A stretch of DNA of 64,000 nucleotides from Candidatus Omnitrophota bacterium (GTDB lineage: Bacteria > Omnitrophota > Gorgyraeia > Zapsychrales > Zapsychraceae): assembly GCA_021108075.1 (NCBI GenBank), contig JAIORP010000030.1, forward strand, positions 133-64,132, in the 5' to 3' direction. Within the stretch, counting starts at the first letter, position 1; each line of letters begins with the position of its first letter. The notes beneath the pieces were generated by a model. It was given only the letters and a program-made list of their open reading frames with translations. It ran no database searches and had not been told where the DNA came from. The position numbers and the translations under genes are program-made. Shown here piece by piece: positions 20,328-30,459 of the stretch.

Positions 20328-23129
20328 ATGAAAAAAGAATATATTATTATCCGGAAAGCGAGAGAACATAATTTGAAGGAGATCAATCTTAAGATCCCGC
20401 GCAATCAATTCGTCGTTATTACGGGATTGAGCGGATCGGGAAAATCTTCATTAGCTTTTGATACGATCTATGCAGAAGGCCAACGCCGATATGTCGAGAG
20501 TTTGTCCGCGTATGCCCGTCAATTTTTGGAACAGCTTAAAAAGCCCGATGTTGAACATATTGAAGGTTTATCGCCAACCATATCCATCGAACAAAAAACC
20601 ACCAGCCGAAATCCCCGCTCGACAGTGGCCACACAGACGGAGATCAATGACTATCTTCGTCTTTTTTTTGCAAGAGTGGGAACGCCGTATTGTTCAAAAT
20701 GTGGCAAAAAGATTGAACGACAGACGATTGAAGAGATTATCCAGTCAATTATCCTGAACATGACCGATTCCAAGATCATTATTCTGGCACCATTCATTCG
20801 AGGGCGTAAGGGAGAATATCGTCAAATTGGACAAAAGGTTGCCAGGGCAGGTTTTTCCCGTTTACGGATTGACGGACAGATTTTTCATGTCGAAGATGAC
20901 ATCTTATTGGATCGTTATAAAGTGCATAATATCGAAGTCGTTGTTGACCGGTTGACACTCAAGGAGAAAATTTTGGGCCGTTTGACAGATTCCCTTGAGA
21001 CTGCGCTTGAGTTGGGCAAAGGGATTGTTATTATTTCCGACGTGAATGACTCTAATCACGAAACAATGTATAGTGAGAATTATGCCTGCATTGATTGCGG
21101 TCTGAATATCCCTGAAATTGAACCAAGAAATTTTTCTTTCAATTCTCCGTATGGGGCGTGCGTAGAGTGCAATGGTTTGGGAACAAAAATGGAAATTGAC
21201 CCGGATTTACTTGTGCCTGATGACAAGAAGGTCTGGATCAATGCTATCGCACCAGCACGGAGAGGACGACGCGCATTTTTAATGTATTTTCGTGCTGTTA
21301 TGCGTGAGTTCGCGAAACTGTATGATTTTGATCTGACGATCCCTTTTAACAAGCTCGGTAAATCTTTTCGGCAAAAAATGTTTTATGGCTCTGATACAGA
21401 TATGATCTGGGGTAAGTGCTATGAGGGTGTTATTCCGTATTTGGAGCGTTTATTTAGGGAAACCGATAATGATTGGCTCAAGGATGAGATATCTAACTAC
21501 ATGTCCGAGTTGCCTTGTCCGAACTGTAAAGGGACCCGATTGAAGTCCGAGTCTTTATCCGTGAAAGTTGATGGACGTAATATTGCCGAAGTTAATAGGT
21601 TTTCTATCAAACAGGCGAGGTTGTTTTTTGAAAAATTGCGTTTAAACCCATCCATGCGGATAATCAGTGAGCCTATCGTCAAAGAAATTATCCGTCGGTT
21701 GGATTTTTGTATCGATGTGGGTCTTGAATACTTAACGTTAGACCGTAAGAGCTCAACCTTATCCGGTGGTGAAGCGGAGAGGATAAGGCTGGCAACCCAG
21801 ATCGGATCCGGATTAGTGGGGGTTGTGTATATCCTGGATGAGCCGAGTATCGGCTTGCACCCCAAGGACAATGAGCGGTTGTTGCGGACGTTACACGCCC
21901 TGCGGGATTTGGGGAACACGTTGATTGTCGTTGAGCATGACGAGGAAACAATCCGGCAGTCGGATTACATTATTGATTTGGGGCCAGGCGCAGGTGAACA
22001 TGGCGGGGAGGTTCTTCATGCGGGATCTGTGGCGAGTTTGTTGCGGTCGAGAAAGTCTTTAACGGGGCAGTATTTGCGGGGCAAATTAATGATTCCGGTT
22101 CCCCGGCAAAGACGCTCCCAGACAGATAAATGTATTATAATTTATGGCGCGGCTGAGAATAATTTAAAAAAAATTACCGTTAAAATCCCTTTGCAGAACT
22201 TTGTTTGTGTCACGGGGGTCTCAGGTTCTGGTAAATCGACGCTGGTGGATGAAATTCTTTATAAGGCTTTGGCCCAAAAGATTTATAAGTCTAAGTTAAG
22301 ACCCGGAGTGCATAGAAAGATAGACGGGATTGAGCATATCGATAAGATCATTGAGGTTGACCAATCTCCGATAGGGCGAACGCCACGTTCAAATCCAGCG
22401 ACGTATACAGGTGTTTTTAGTCATATCCGCGATGTCTTCAGCCGTCTTCCCGAATCAAAAATGCGTGGATTTAAACCCGGCCGATTTAGTTTTAATGTGA
22501 AAGGTGGTCGTTGCGAGGTCTGTCGCGGTGATGGTATCCGTAAGATCGAAATGCATTTTCTTCCTGATGTGTATGTTGAATGTGAGGTCTGTAAAGGTCA
22601 ACGCTTTACAGGTCAGACCTTAGAGATAACTTATAAAGGCTATAATATCGCGCAGATATTGAGTATCTCCGTTCTTGAGGCCTTGCATGTTTTTGACAAT
22701 ATTCCCCGTATCAAGCGGGTATTAACAACATTGAATGATGTCGGCCTTGGTTATATCAGACTGGGGCAGCCAGCGACCACACTTTCCGGCGGGGAGGCGC
22801 AACGAGTGAAGCTTGCTGGCGAATTATGTAAACCTTCAACAGGGCGAACATTGTATGTCCTTGATGAACCGACCACCGGTTTGCATTTTGCTGATGTGCA
22901 TAAATTATTAAATGTCTTGCAATGTCTCGTGGATAAAGATAATACAGTATTGGTCATCGAGCATAACTTGGAAGTCATTAAGAATGCGGACTATGTTATC
23001 GATCTTGGCCCTGAGGGGGGGGATCTTGGTGGTGAAATTGTTTATGCGGGTACCCCTGAGGATCTTATGAAACAAAAAAAGTCGTACACGGGGCAATATT
23101 TAAAATCCTTCCTGTGTAAATTTTCTTAA
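20328..23129 (+). CDS. uvrA: Excinuclease ABC subunit A
   Basis: GLSGSGKSSLAFDTIYAEGQRRYVES, two ABC cassettes (LSGGEA, LDEP), zinc fingers. Confidence 0.99.
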   Translation: MKKEYIIIRKAREHNLKEINLKIPRNQFVVITGLSGSGKSSLAFDTIYAEGQRRYVESLSAYARQFLEQLKKPDVEHIEGLSPTISIEQKTTSRNPRSTVATQTEINDYLRLFFARVGTPYCSKCGKKIERQTIEEIIQSIILNMTDSKIIILAPFIRGRKGEYRQIGQKVARAGFSRLRIDGQIFHVEDDILLDRYKVHNIEVVVDRLTLKEKILGRLTDSLETALELGKGIVIISDVNDSNHETMYSENYACIDCGLNIPEIEPRNFSFNSPYGACVECNGLGTKMEIDPDLLVPDDKKVWINAIAPARRGRRAFLMYFRAVMREFAKLYDFDLTIPFNKLGKSFRQKMFYGSDTDMIWGKCYEGVIPYLERLFRETDNDWLKDEISNYMSELPCPNCKGTRLKSESLSVKVDGRNIAEVNRFSIKQARLFFEKLRLNPSMRIISEPIVKEIIRRLDFCIDVGLEYLTLDRKSSTLSGGEAERIRLATQIGSGLVGVVYILDEPSIGLHPKDNERLLRTLHALRDLGNTLIVVEHDEETIRQSDYIIDLGPGAGEHGGEVLHAGSVASLLRSRKSLTGQYLRGKLMIPVPRQRRSQTDKCIIIYGAAENNLKKITVKIPLQNFVCVTGVSGSGKSTLVDEILYKALAQKIYKSKLRPGVHRKIDGIEHIDKIIEVDQSPIGRTPRSNPATYTGVFSHIRDVFSRLPESKMRGFKPGRFSFNVKGGRCEVCRGDGIRKIEMHFLPDVYVECEVCKGQRFTGQTLEITYKGYNIAQILSISVLEALHVFDNIPRIKRVLTTLNDVGLGYIRLGQPATTLSGGEAQRVKLAGELCKPSTGRTLYVLDEPTTGLHFADVHKLLNVLQCLVDKDNTVLVIEHNLEVIKNADYVIDLGPEGGDLGGEIVYAGTPEDLMKQKKSYTGQYLKSFLCKFS

Positions 23130-23288
23130 TGCGATTCTGTCTATACGCGTGAATTCTTTTTTTGTCATATGTGAAAAAATTTATATTTTAATTGGAGTTT
23201 ATCAAATTTTTACTAAAATTATATACAACATCCAAGACAACATTTGTATAAGGTTAATATGGAGCGGTTAAATCGTGATGAGCCCATA

Positions 23289-23316
23289 TTGAAAAAAAGG
23301 TCAGAACTGATATAAT
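23289..23316 (+). promoter_or_regulatory. Putative sigma70 promoter (likely leaderless transcript) of the TPR gene
   Basis: TTGAAA-N16-TATAAT with TG extension; ATG 7 nt after the -10. Confidence 0.55.
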
Positions 23317-23323
23317 ATCTCGC

Positions 23324-25840
23324 ATGAAATTAAAAATATTAATATTACTTTTTAGTGTTCTCTCATTCACTTCCATATTCCAACCTGACATGCTTTTTTC
23401 TACCGCTTGGGCTAAGAATCAGGAGAAGGAATTGTTCCTGGTTGCTCAAAAAGCATTTGAAGATGGTTTTTATGATGTCGCGATTAGATACATTGAACAA
23501 TTGATACAGGAATATCCACAGACGGAACACCTGGTGCAGTCGAAATTATTGTTAGGTCAATGTTATTTCTTCCAGAGCCAATATTTAAAGGCCTATGATA
23601 TTTTTAACAGCTTGCTTAAATATGCCGAATTTAAGGATGCGACATTATTTTGGTTGGGAGAAACTTTTTTAAAAGGCATGGATTATGGCCAGGCAGAAAA
23701 GAATTACCGGCAGTTGATCGCATTATTTCCCGAGTCATCCTATGCGCCGCAGGCGTATTATTCTTTGGGGTGGACATATTTTGAACAGGAAAAATATGCG
23801 GATTCCCAACAATCGTTTGCCGAATTCGTTGATAAATACCCGCGCCATCAGTTAGCAGAAGATGCCGCTTTTAAGGTCGGTGAGTCTTATTTTCATTTGC
23901 GGGAATATAATGACGCGATTAATGCCTTTAAGAATTATTTGCAGTATTATCAACAAACAGGCCGCCATGCTGAAGCCTATTTTTATTTGGCCGAATCTTT
24001 TTATTACCAGGATGAATATCAGCAAGCTGTTGATTATTACCGTTTGTCTGTGGATAAGGCATTAGATAAGAGGTTGATTATGATGAACAGTTTAAGCTTG
24101 GGATGGGGTTATTTAAAATTGATGAATTATGAGGACTCGGAACGCAGTTTTAGAGCGGCTTTAGAACTGTCTTATGAGAAAAAAATTCCTTCGGATGATA
24201 TTTATTTAGGGTTAGCGGGGTTATATGTTGAGCAAAAGAGGTTTAATGAAGCTTTAACAGCATATGATAAATTGATTCAGGAATATCCCCAAAGTTCAAG
24301 AATGATTGACGCTTTACTGGGCAAAGCCAATATCCATTATTTGCTTGAAGAATACGATCAAGCGATAACGACATATAAAACTGTCATTGAAAATTTTATT
24401 GCATTAAATTCAGACGGAAACACCTTGTCCGACCAAATGTATGATGACCTTTTGGAAAAAACATATTTTGGGCTTGCTTGGGCTTATTTGAAAAAGGGAG
24501 ATCTGAATCAATCGATCATAGCTTTTGAGACGATTAAAGACAAAGCCAAAAGTAAGGTTGTTAAGATTAGTGCCTTAACGCAGATTGGTGATGCTTTTCA
24601 AGATGTTGACCAGCTTGAGCGGGCCGTTGGTATTTACGATCAGATCCTAAAGGACTATACGGATAGTCCCTATGCGGACTACGTTCAATATCGTCAAGGA
24701 ATTGCTTTGTTGAAAATGGGTGAGATTGAAGCTGCAACGCTTTCTTTTCAAAGCCTGCAATTGAACTTTCCACAAAGCAGCTATCTCAATGATGTTGAGT
24801 ACTATCTTGCAGTAGCCTATTTTAAAAAAGGTGATTGGTTGACAGCAAAAGACCATATCGAGAAATTTTTAACAGACAAATCTTATAATTATGAGTTCGG
24901 AGCCGAGGCTTATTATATTTTGGCGCTGACCAATTTTAATATCCCGGACTATCAGGCGGCCTTAAAGACATTCCAGAAAATTGTTAGGGGTTATCCTCAA
25001 GAAAGAATGATTATTCGGACGTCTGAACTTAGTATTGCCAAGTGTTATTATAAATTGGGCAAGGTTAATGAAGCGTTAAAGAAATTTAAAATACTTATTT
25101 TTAAATATCCTGAAACAGAAATATCCCAGGAAGCTTTGATTTGGTTGGGGGATCATTATTTGGAAGCAGGCGATTATAATAATGCGGTTGCTTATTATAA
25201 ACAATTTATTGAGATTTTTCCCGGCAGCCCTAAAATTAGCATCATTTATTATGAGCTCGGTCAAGCTTATATCGCGTCAGAAGCCTATGACAAGGCTGTT
25301 AATGTGCTGAAGAAAGTTAGTGACCCAAAAGACGGGGATGTTTATGTCAAAGCCAAGTTAGCCATCGCCGATATTTTTGCCCGGGACTTTGAATCTGAAT
25401 CTGCCATTGAAACTTATGAAAATATTATCTATCATTCTCCAGAATTTAAGCGTGACGCCTATGTGAAAATGGCGGGTGTGTATAAAAAGATTTCCGACTA
25501 TGATAATACGCTGGTCGCGTATCAAAAAGCTTTAGAATCTAAAAGGGGGTTGAGTGCCATCAAGAACGTGCAGTTACAGTTTTTTATTGCTGAAACGTAT
25601 GAAATTTTGAATCAAAGAGACCTGGCGGTCAAAGAATATTTTAGAATTCCGTATTTATATGAAAAAAAAGTCGAATGGGTTGTGCGGTCCTACTTAAGGA
25701 TCGCGAAATTATTTGAGCACCAGGAGAGGTGGGATGATGTTAAGCTGATTTATCAGAAAATTATTGAGTTAAAGACAGATGAATCGGTTTTTGCTGAAGA
25801 ACGTATTGAATGGCTTCGTGAGCATAATCACATCAAATGA
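23324..25840 (+). CDS. Large exported tetratricopeptide-repeat protein (BamD/CpoB-type repeats)
   Basis: N-terminal signal peptide; many A.Y.LG..Y...Y..A...YP.S repeats. Confidence 0.9.
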   Translation: MKLKILILLFSVLSFTSIFQPDMLFSTAWAKNQEKELFLVAQKAFEDGFYDVAIRYIEQLIQEYPQTEHLVQSKLLLGQCYFFQSQYLKAYDIFNSLLKYAEFKDATLFWLGETFLKGMDYGQAEKNYRQLIALFPESSYAPQAYYSLGWTYFEQEKYADSQQSFAEFVDKYPRHQLAEDAAFKVGESYFHLREYNDAINAFKNYLQYYQQTGRHAEAYFYLAESFYYQDEYQQAVDYYRLSVDKALDKRLIMMNSLSLGWGYLKLMNYEDSERSFRAALELSYEKKIPSDDIYLGLAGLYVEQKRFNEALTAYDKLIQEYPQSSRMIDALLGKANIHYLLEEYDQAITTYKTVIENFIALNSDGNTLSDQMYDDLLEKTYFGLAWAYLKKGDLNQSIIAFETIKDKAKSKVVKISALTQIGDAFQDVDQLERAVGIYDQILKDYTDSPYADYVQYRQGIALLKMGEIEAATLSFQSLQLNFPQSSYLNDVEYYLAVAYFKKGDWLTAKDHIEKFLTDKSYNYEFGAEAYYILALTNFNIPDYQAALKTFQKIVRGYPQERMIIRTSELSIAKCYYKLGKVNEALKKFKILIFKYPETEISQEALIWLGDHYLEAGDYNNAVAYYKQFIEIFPGSPKISIIYYELGQAYIASEAYDKAVNVLKKVSDPKDGDVYVKAKLAIADIFARDFESESAIETYENIIYHSPEFKRDAYVKMAGVYKKISDYDNTLVAYQKALESKRGLSAIKNVQLQFFIAETYEILNQRDLAVKEYFRIPYLYEKKVEWVVRSYLRIAKLFEHQERWDDVKLIYQKIIELKTDESVFAEERIEWLREHNHIK

Positions 25841-25857
25841 TGTTTTGTGCCATCTAA

Positions 25858-25937
25858 TACCAATTCCATTAAATAATGACCAAACCCAATTCTGCTTTTC
25901 AGAATTAAGATAGAACAATTTATTAATGGATTTGGTA
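25858..25937. mobile_element. MITE-like element, copy 2 (80 bp, TAA target duplication)
   Basis: TIR TACCAATTCCATTAA...TTAATGGATTTGGTA flanked by TAA on both sides. Confidence 0.7.
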
Positions 25938-25988
25938 TAACTTTGAATGAATTGAAACCGTTGTTTGTAACCGGAGGAGGAATCGATA

Positions 25989-26645
25989 ATGAGTAATGGT
26001 ATCTGGGAAATGAATTTGTGGCAGTTAATTAAGACGGGCGGGCCGATAATGTACCCGATATTGCTTTGTTCCCTTTTTGCTTTTGCCATTATAATCGAGA
26101 AAATAGTTTATTTTTCGATTATCAGAGAAAATGTTCCTGCTTTAAAAAGACAGGTTTTTGAGCATGTGAAAAAGAATAAAATCAAAGAAGCCATAGCGGT
26201 TTGTGATAATCAACGGACACCGGTAGCAAAAATACTCAAGGCCGGGATCGTCAAATTTGGAGCTTCCCGTGACAAAATAAAAGAAAATATTGAAGATATA
26301 AGTTTGTTTGAAATACCGAAGTTAGAAAAGAGATTGCCGGCGTTGGCGACGATAGCGCATATTACCCCGTTGTTGGGATTATTAGGGACGGTAACTGGTA
26401 TGGTTTCCAGTTTTCATACGATTCAGGTCCGTGCGGCTACTATGAACCCTGTGACGCCAGGTGATTTAGCTGGAAGTATTGGGGAAGCCTTGTTTACAAC
26501 GGTTGCCGGATTAATGGTGGCTATTCCGACTTTTGTTGTTTACAACTACCTTGTTAGCCGGGTTAATGGTTTTATTTTAGAGATGGAAAGAGGCGCAACC
26601 GAGATTGTTAACCTCATCTGCCAAATTTCTGAATCGGGAGTTTAG
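25989..26645 (+). CDS. MotA/TolQ/ExbB proton channel protein
   Basis: GGPIMYPI, PLLGLLGTVTGM, IGEALFTTVAGL.VAIP. Confidence 0.95.
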   Translation: MSNGIWEMNLWQLIKTGGPIMYPILLCSLFAFAIIIEKIVYFSIIRENVPALKRQVFEHVKKNKIKEAIAVCDNQRTPVAKILKAGIVKFGASRDKIKENIEDISLFEIPKLEKRLPALATIAHITPLLGLLGTVTGMVSSFHTIQVRAATMNPVTPGDLAGSIGEALFTTVAGLMVAIPTFVVYNYLVSRVNGFILEMERGATEIVNLICQISESGV

Positions 26646-26687
26646 TGAAGACGACATTTCTATTGGAAAATTAAAAGTGGAGTTCCT

Positions 26688-27089
26688 ATGAGATTCAGAA
26701 GACGAACGAAGTTAGAATATGGATTGGAGCAAATTGATATCGCGCCTTTGGTCGATGTTATTTTTCAGCTTTTGATATTTTTTATGTTATCGTCCTCATT
26801 TACATATCATTCGAGTATAAACGTGAAGCTTCCTAAGGCTGTTACGAGTGACTTGATTAAACAAGAAAATTTTGTCGTTACGGTGACAGAAGATAATGTG
26901 CTCTATTTAAATGGGGATATTATTTCATTGAAAGATTTAAAAAAGTCCTTGTCGACCTACAAAAAGGATCAACCCATTCTTATCAAGTCTGATCGACGTG
27001 CATATCTCGGTAGGATCGTTGATGTATGGGATTTATGCCGTAACCTTGGAATTGACAAGATTAACATCGCGACAGATCAAAATAACTAA
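26688..27089 (+). CDS. ExbD/TolR family protein
   Basis: IDIAPLVDVIFQLLIFFML with the conserved TM Asp; V.LP.A; IKSD. Confidence 0.95.
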   Translation: MRFRRRTKLEYGLEQIDIAPLVDVIFQLLIFFMLSSSFTYHSSINVKLPKAVTSDLIKQENFVVTVTEDNVLYLNGDIISLKDLKKSLSTYKKDQPILIKSDRRAYLGRIVDVWDLCRNLGIDKINIATDQNN

Positions 27090-27520
27090 TGGCAAATAAT
27101 ATTTTAAATCATGAATGGCTACGGCCAGTTAAATTCCTTATGGTGTCCTTGGGCTGCCATCTAATCGTGATCCATTTGTTCTCGGTCTCTTTCACCGCCC
27201 AGCCAGTCATGCCGAAACCGAATTTTGTTTTTTTGGGATCGATTTTAGATTCTAAAGATATTTCTCGATATGTTTCGCAAACCCCATCGAATAGTGACGC
27301 CGTAGAAGACTCTCACATTGATTTTTTCGGTCGTCATTTATATCAATATAAGATGAGCAAGCCGTTCGTTCAGAATGTTAAGGCCCGCCACAAGCAGACA
27401 GAGATGCGGACTGTGTTTGAAATTGAATCAATCGAGCCGGAAGAAGGGGTGATGAGAGATACCGCTGAAGAAGAATTCGAGTTCAAGATTCCTGAGTATA
27501 ATCCGTTACGGTTGCAATAA
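27089..27520 (+). CDS. Single-TM protein with TonB/TolA-like SxxxH anchor and no TonB C-terminal domain
   Basis: VSLGCHLIVIHLF TM helix; start overlaps the exbD stop. Confidence 0.55.
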   Translation: MANNILNHEWLRPVKFLMVSLGCHLIVIHLFSVSFTAQPVMPKPNFVFLGSILDSKDISRYVSQTPSNSDAVEDSHIDFFGRHLYQYKMSKPFVQNVKARHKQTEMRTVFEIESIEPEEGVMRDTAEEEFEFKIPEYNPLRLQ

Positions 27521-27535
27521 TGGCGGGATAATTCC

Positions 27536-27769
27536 ATGATCACATTAAGTTTTTCTTTTGCCATTTCATTTTTTTTATCTTTATGGATATCCATTGTTTT
27601 TGTCATGTGGATATTATATAATGACCACGATAGTTATGTTCTGAAAGAATTATTAAAGGTTGTCCAATGTCCTTATTGCACACATGTTTTTTGGGGAATG
27701 GCTGATAAAGAACTGTCTTCCTGTCCGCATTGTAAGAGTTATGTTAACCTTGAGGAGCCGAAAAGATAA
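27536..27769 (+). CDS. Small membrane protein with zinc ribbon
   Basis: N-terminal hydrophobic helix; CPYC...CPHC. Confidence 0.7.
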   Translation: MITLSFSFAISFFLSLWISIVFVMWILYNDHDSYVLKELLKVVQCPYCTHVFWGMADKELSSCPHCKSYVNLEEPKR

Positions 27770-28084
27770 ATGCTAAAAGTTCTGTCCGAAAATAATAAAG
27801 GCGTTGTCTTTGTGACGGTCATAATGATCATTATGGTGATTATGGTGCTGGCCGTCAGTATTGTGAGTGTGAATTTAAACCAAGTGATAGCAACGGAAGA
27901 AGAATATAAGAGGGCTCAAGCGGAGATTCTTGCTATGGGGGCTTTCAGGTATTTTCACGCGAACTATGTGGACAGTGCTTCAGCCAACTCTTTGGTGTAT
28001 TTAAGAACCATTGATGATGTGACCTACACCGTTAATTCGATTTTGTCCGCATCCGGACAATTAAATATTGTTGTTACATACTAG
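27770..28084 (+). CDS. PilX/GspK-like pilin-related protein
   Basis: Class III signal KG|VVFVTVIMII lacking Glu5; ...RAQAEILA.GA. Confidence 0.7.
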   Translation: MLKVLSENNKGVVFVTVIMIIMVIMVLAVSIVSVNLNQVIATEEEYKRAQAEILAMGAFRYFHANYVDSASANSLVYLRTIDDVTYTVNSILSASGQLNIVVTY

Positions 28085-28255
28085 ATTTTTTTAAAAATGA
28101 CATCCTGCCAATAAGTTAAATAAAATATTCGACAGAAAAAAATCACATTTGAATTGACAAAGAAGTGCCTGTATTGTCTAATATTTTTAGTATTATATTC
28201 TATTAAAAATATATATATTCTTAATCATTAAACTTAGAAGAGTGCGGGCATTAAT

Positions 28256-29875
28256 GTGGTCTTAAAAATTATTTTTAAGATGATGTTATCGCGTCAGAAG
28301 CTCTTCCAATACGACATTACACACATGGGGGAAAAAAAACAGATAGCAACTTTTTGGGGAGACAATGCCCTCTATTTTATAGAGGCAAATCAGTCTTCCG
28401 CCTCCAACGGATTCCATGTCCCGTTTGATCACAAGCGAACGTCTGCCGATGAGAATCAAGTCCTTACGTCGGATAATATGGAACTGTGTTCCCGCGTTCA
28501 AAACGCTTTCCATCAGAACAACATACAAAATGCTATTGTCAACCTGTCTTTGCCGATTAAAGACATCATTTTTCGTTCCTTTATGATCCCCATGATGCAG
28601 TCTAACGAAGTTGCCGGGGTTATCGCCTTTGAAGTGAAAAAATATATTCCGTTTTCTTTAGATGAACTTTCTTATTCTTTTCATCCGGTTGTTGTCGATG
28701 GTGCCAATGATAAGAGGATACGCATTATCTTTGTCGCTATTAAAAAGAACTCATTGGAAAAATATATAGATATTTTGGAACAAGCTTCTTTAAATGTTGA
28801 CGTGATTGAACCCGCTCCGTTGAGTTTGATACGCCTTTTAGTGCATAAAAATATCCTTTCTTCTCAAAAAGCTTTGGCCCTTGTTGAAAAAGAAGATATG
28901 ACAGGTAAGATTATTATCGTTGAGAACAATATCCCCCAGTTTGTTCGGGAATTTCATCTTCGGTCAGCTGCTGACTCTCAAGACCCGGATGAAGATCAGA
29001 CTATCAACCGTTTGATCAATGAAATTCGGATTTCTTTAGATTATTTTAACCGACACGAAAATCAAATTTCTATCGAACAGATGTATCTTTTAACCGATCA
29101 GTATGGAACCAGGATATCAGAGCAAATAAAGGATGAGTTGGAGGTTGATGTCGTGCTTGTCGATAAAGCTCAGCTTATGGAGGGGATTCCCGGACATGAT
29201 TCGGGATTTTTAAAGGCCTACGGGGCGAGCTTGGCCGGTGTCATAACGATGCCCGCTTCGTTTAATTTATCCGGTGGAAAACCGCGTTCGATTAGTCTCG
29301 ATAAAAATAGCATTAATGTTAAGGCGTTAGTCGCATCCCTGTTGAAAGTTTCTATTTGTTGTGTTCTAGTCCTTGGTTTAGCTTTTTATGCGAAGGTTAA
29401 AATTGTTAGCGGAACAAAGCAAGAGATGATTGCTTTTACGCAGAAATTGGATATGAATAAAGATTCTTTGAAGGAAAAATTGGAACAGCATAATATAACT
29501 TTACAAAATCGATTTGATAATATTAAGAGTATTCGTTCCCATAGTCAAGTCGGTTTTTTTTTGGATACGATCCCGACTTTTTTATTGGATGGGATGTGGA
29601 TCAAGTCTTTAGAAATTTATTATCCGCCTGCAATCCTTAACTCAACCGGTGGTGCCCCGCAAGACGCTGGTCCGGTGATCAATTTATCGGGCTATGCTTA
29701 CGTTGATGATAAGAAGGAACAGTTCAGCATAATAACTTTATTCCTGAAGAGCTTGAAGTCCAATAAAGATTTAAAAAAGTATTTCAATGAAATCGATTTA
29801 GAGACAGTTACGGCTCAGAAGTTTAATGAATACGATGTTACTTTTTTTAAAATTAAATTTCGGAAAAAATTATGA
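28256..29875 (+). CDS. Type IV pilus assembly PilM-PilN fusion protein
   Basis: PilM actin-like motifs (FEVKKYIPF, EIRISLDYF), then a TM helix and PilN-like domain (GMWIKSL, LSGYA, FLKSLK); true start may be ATG 28325. Confidence 0.8.
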   Translation: MVLKIIFKMMLSRQKLFQYDITHMGEKKQIATFWGDNALYFIEANQSSASNGFHVPFDHKRTSADENQVLTSDNMELCSRVQNAFHQNNIQNAIVNLSLPIKDIIFRSFMIPMMQSNEVAGVIAFEVKKYIPFSLDELSYSFHPVVVDGANDKRIRIIFVAIKKNSLEKYIDILEQASLNVDVIEPAPLSLIRLLVHKNILSSQKALALVEKEDMTGKIIIVENNIPQFVREFHLRSAADSQDPDEDQTINRLINEIRISLDYFNRHENQISIEQMYLLTDQYGTRISEQIKDELEVDVVLVDKAQLMEGIPGHDSGFLKAYGASLAGVITMPASFNLSGGKPRSISLDKNSINVKALVASLLKVSICCVLVLGLAFYAKVKIVSGTKQEMIAFTQKLDMNKDSLKEKLEQHNITLQNRFDNIKSIRSHSQVGFFLDTIPTFLLDGMWIKSLEIYYPPAILNSTGGAPQDAGPVINLSGYAYVDDKKEQFSIITLFLKSLKSNKDLKKYFNEIDLETVTAQKFNEYDVTFFKIKFRKKL

Positions 29876-30459
29876 ATTTATTAAAAAAATTAAACAGTAT
29901 TGATATGCAAGATCTAAAAAATATTGATGTCGGCCAACTTGTTGATCTTTTGCGGTCGCGTGTCGATCTTTTAGCTAATGTTATTGTTGTTCTGTTGACG
30001 ATCATCCTTGCCGTCTATTGGCCGATCCAAAGCCTAAAACAAAAAAAGGATAATCAATCTTCAATTAATCAATACAAAGAAAAACAGGATATTTTGGACC
30101 AGCACGCCGTGATTGAGTCTGATTACAATGCCTATGTCGAAACATTTCCTAAATCGGTTTCAAGTGATCAATTGACAAATATCATTTCGATCATGGCTGT
30201 TAAAAACAGTGTACAGATTGTATCTTTTTCTCCGGCACAAAGAAATTCAAACGATTATCGTGATATTATAAATGTTCGAATTCAAATTGCGTCAGAAGAT
30301 TATGCCAATATAATACTATTTGTGAAAGATCTGGAGGCTTCAGAATATTCGATGCGTGTCGAAAGGTGGATCAGTGACTCCGCGCGTACGATATATAACG
30401 AACAAGGGAGTATGATTAAGGCGGATTTAGAAATCGCTTCCGTGTCTTTAAAATTATGA
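29872..30459 (+). CDS. pilO: Type IV pilus assembly protein PilO-like
   Basis: TM helix + coiled coil + ferredoxin-like C-terminus (Y.NI..FV..LE); operon position. Confidence 0.75.
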   Translation: MNLLKKLNSIDMQDLKNIDVGQLVDLLRSRVDLLANVIVVLLTIILAVYWPIQSLKQKKDNQSSINQYKEKQDILDQHAVIESDYNAYVETFPKSVSSDQLTNIISIMAVKNSVQIVSFSPAQRNSNDYRDIINVRIQIASEDYANIILFVKDLEASEYSMRVERWISDSARTIYNEQGSMIKADLEIASVSLKL

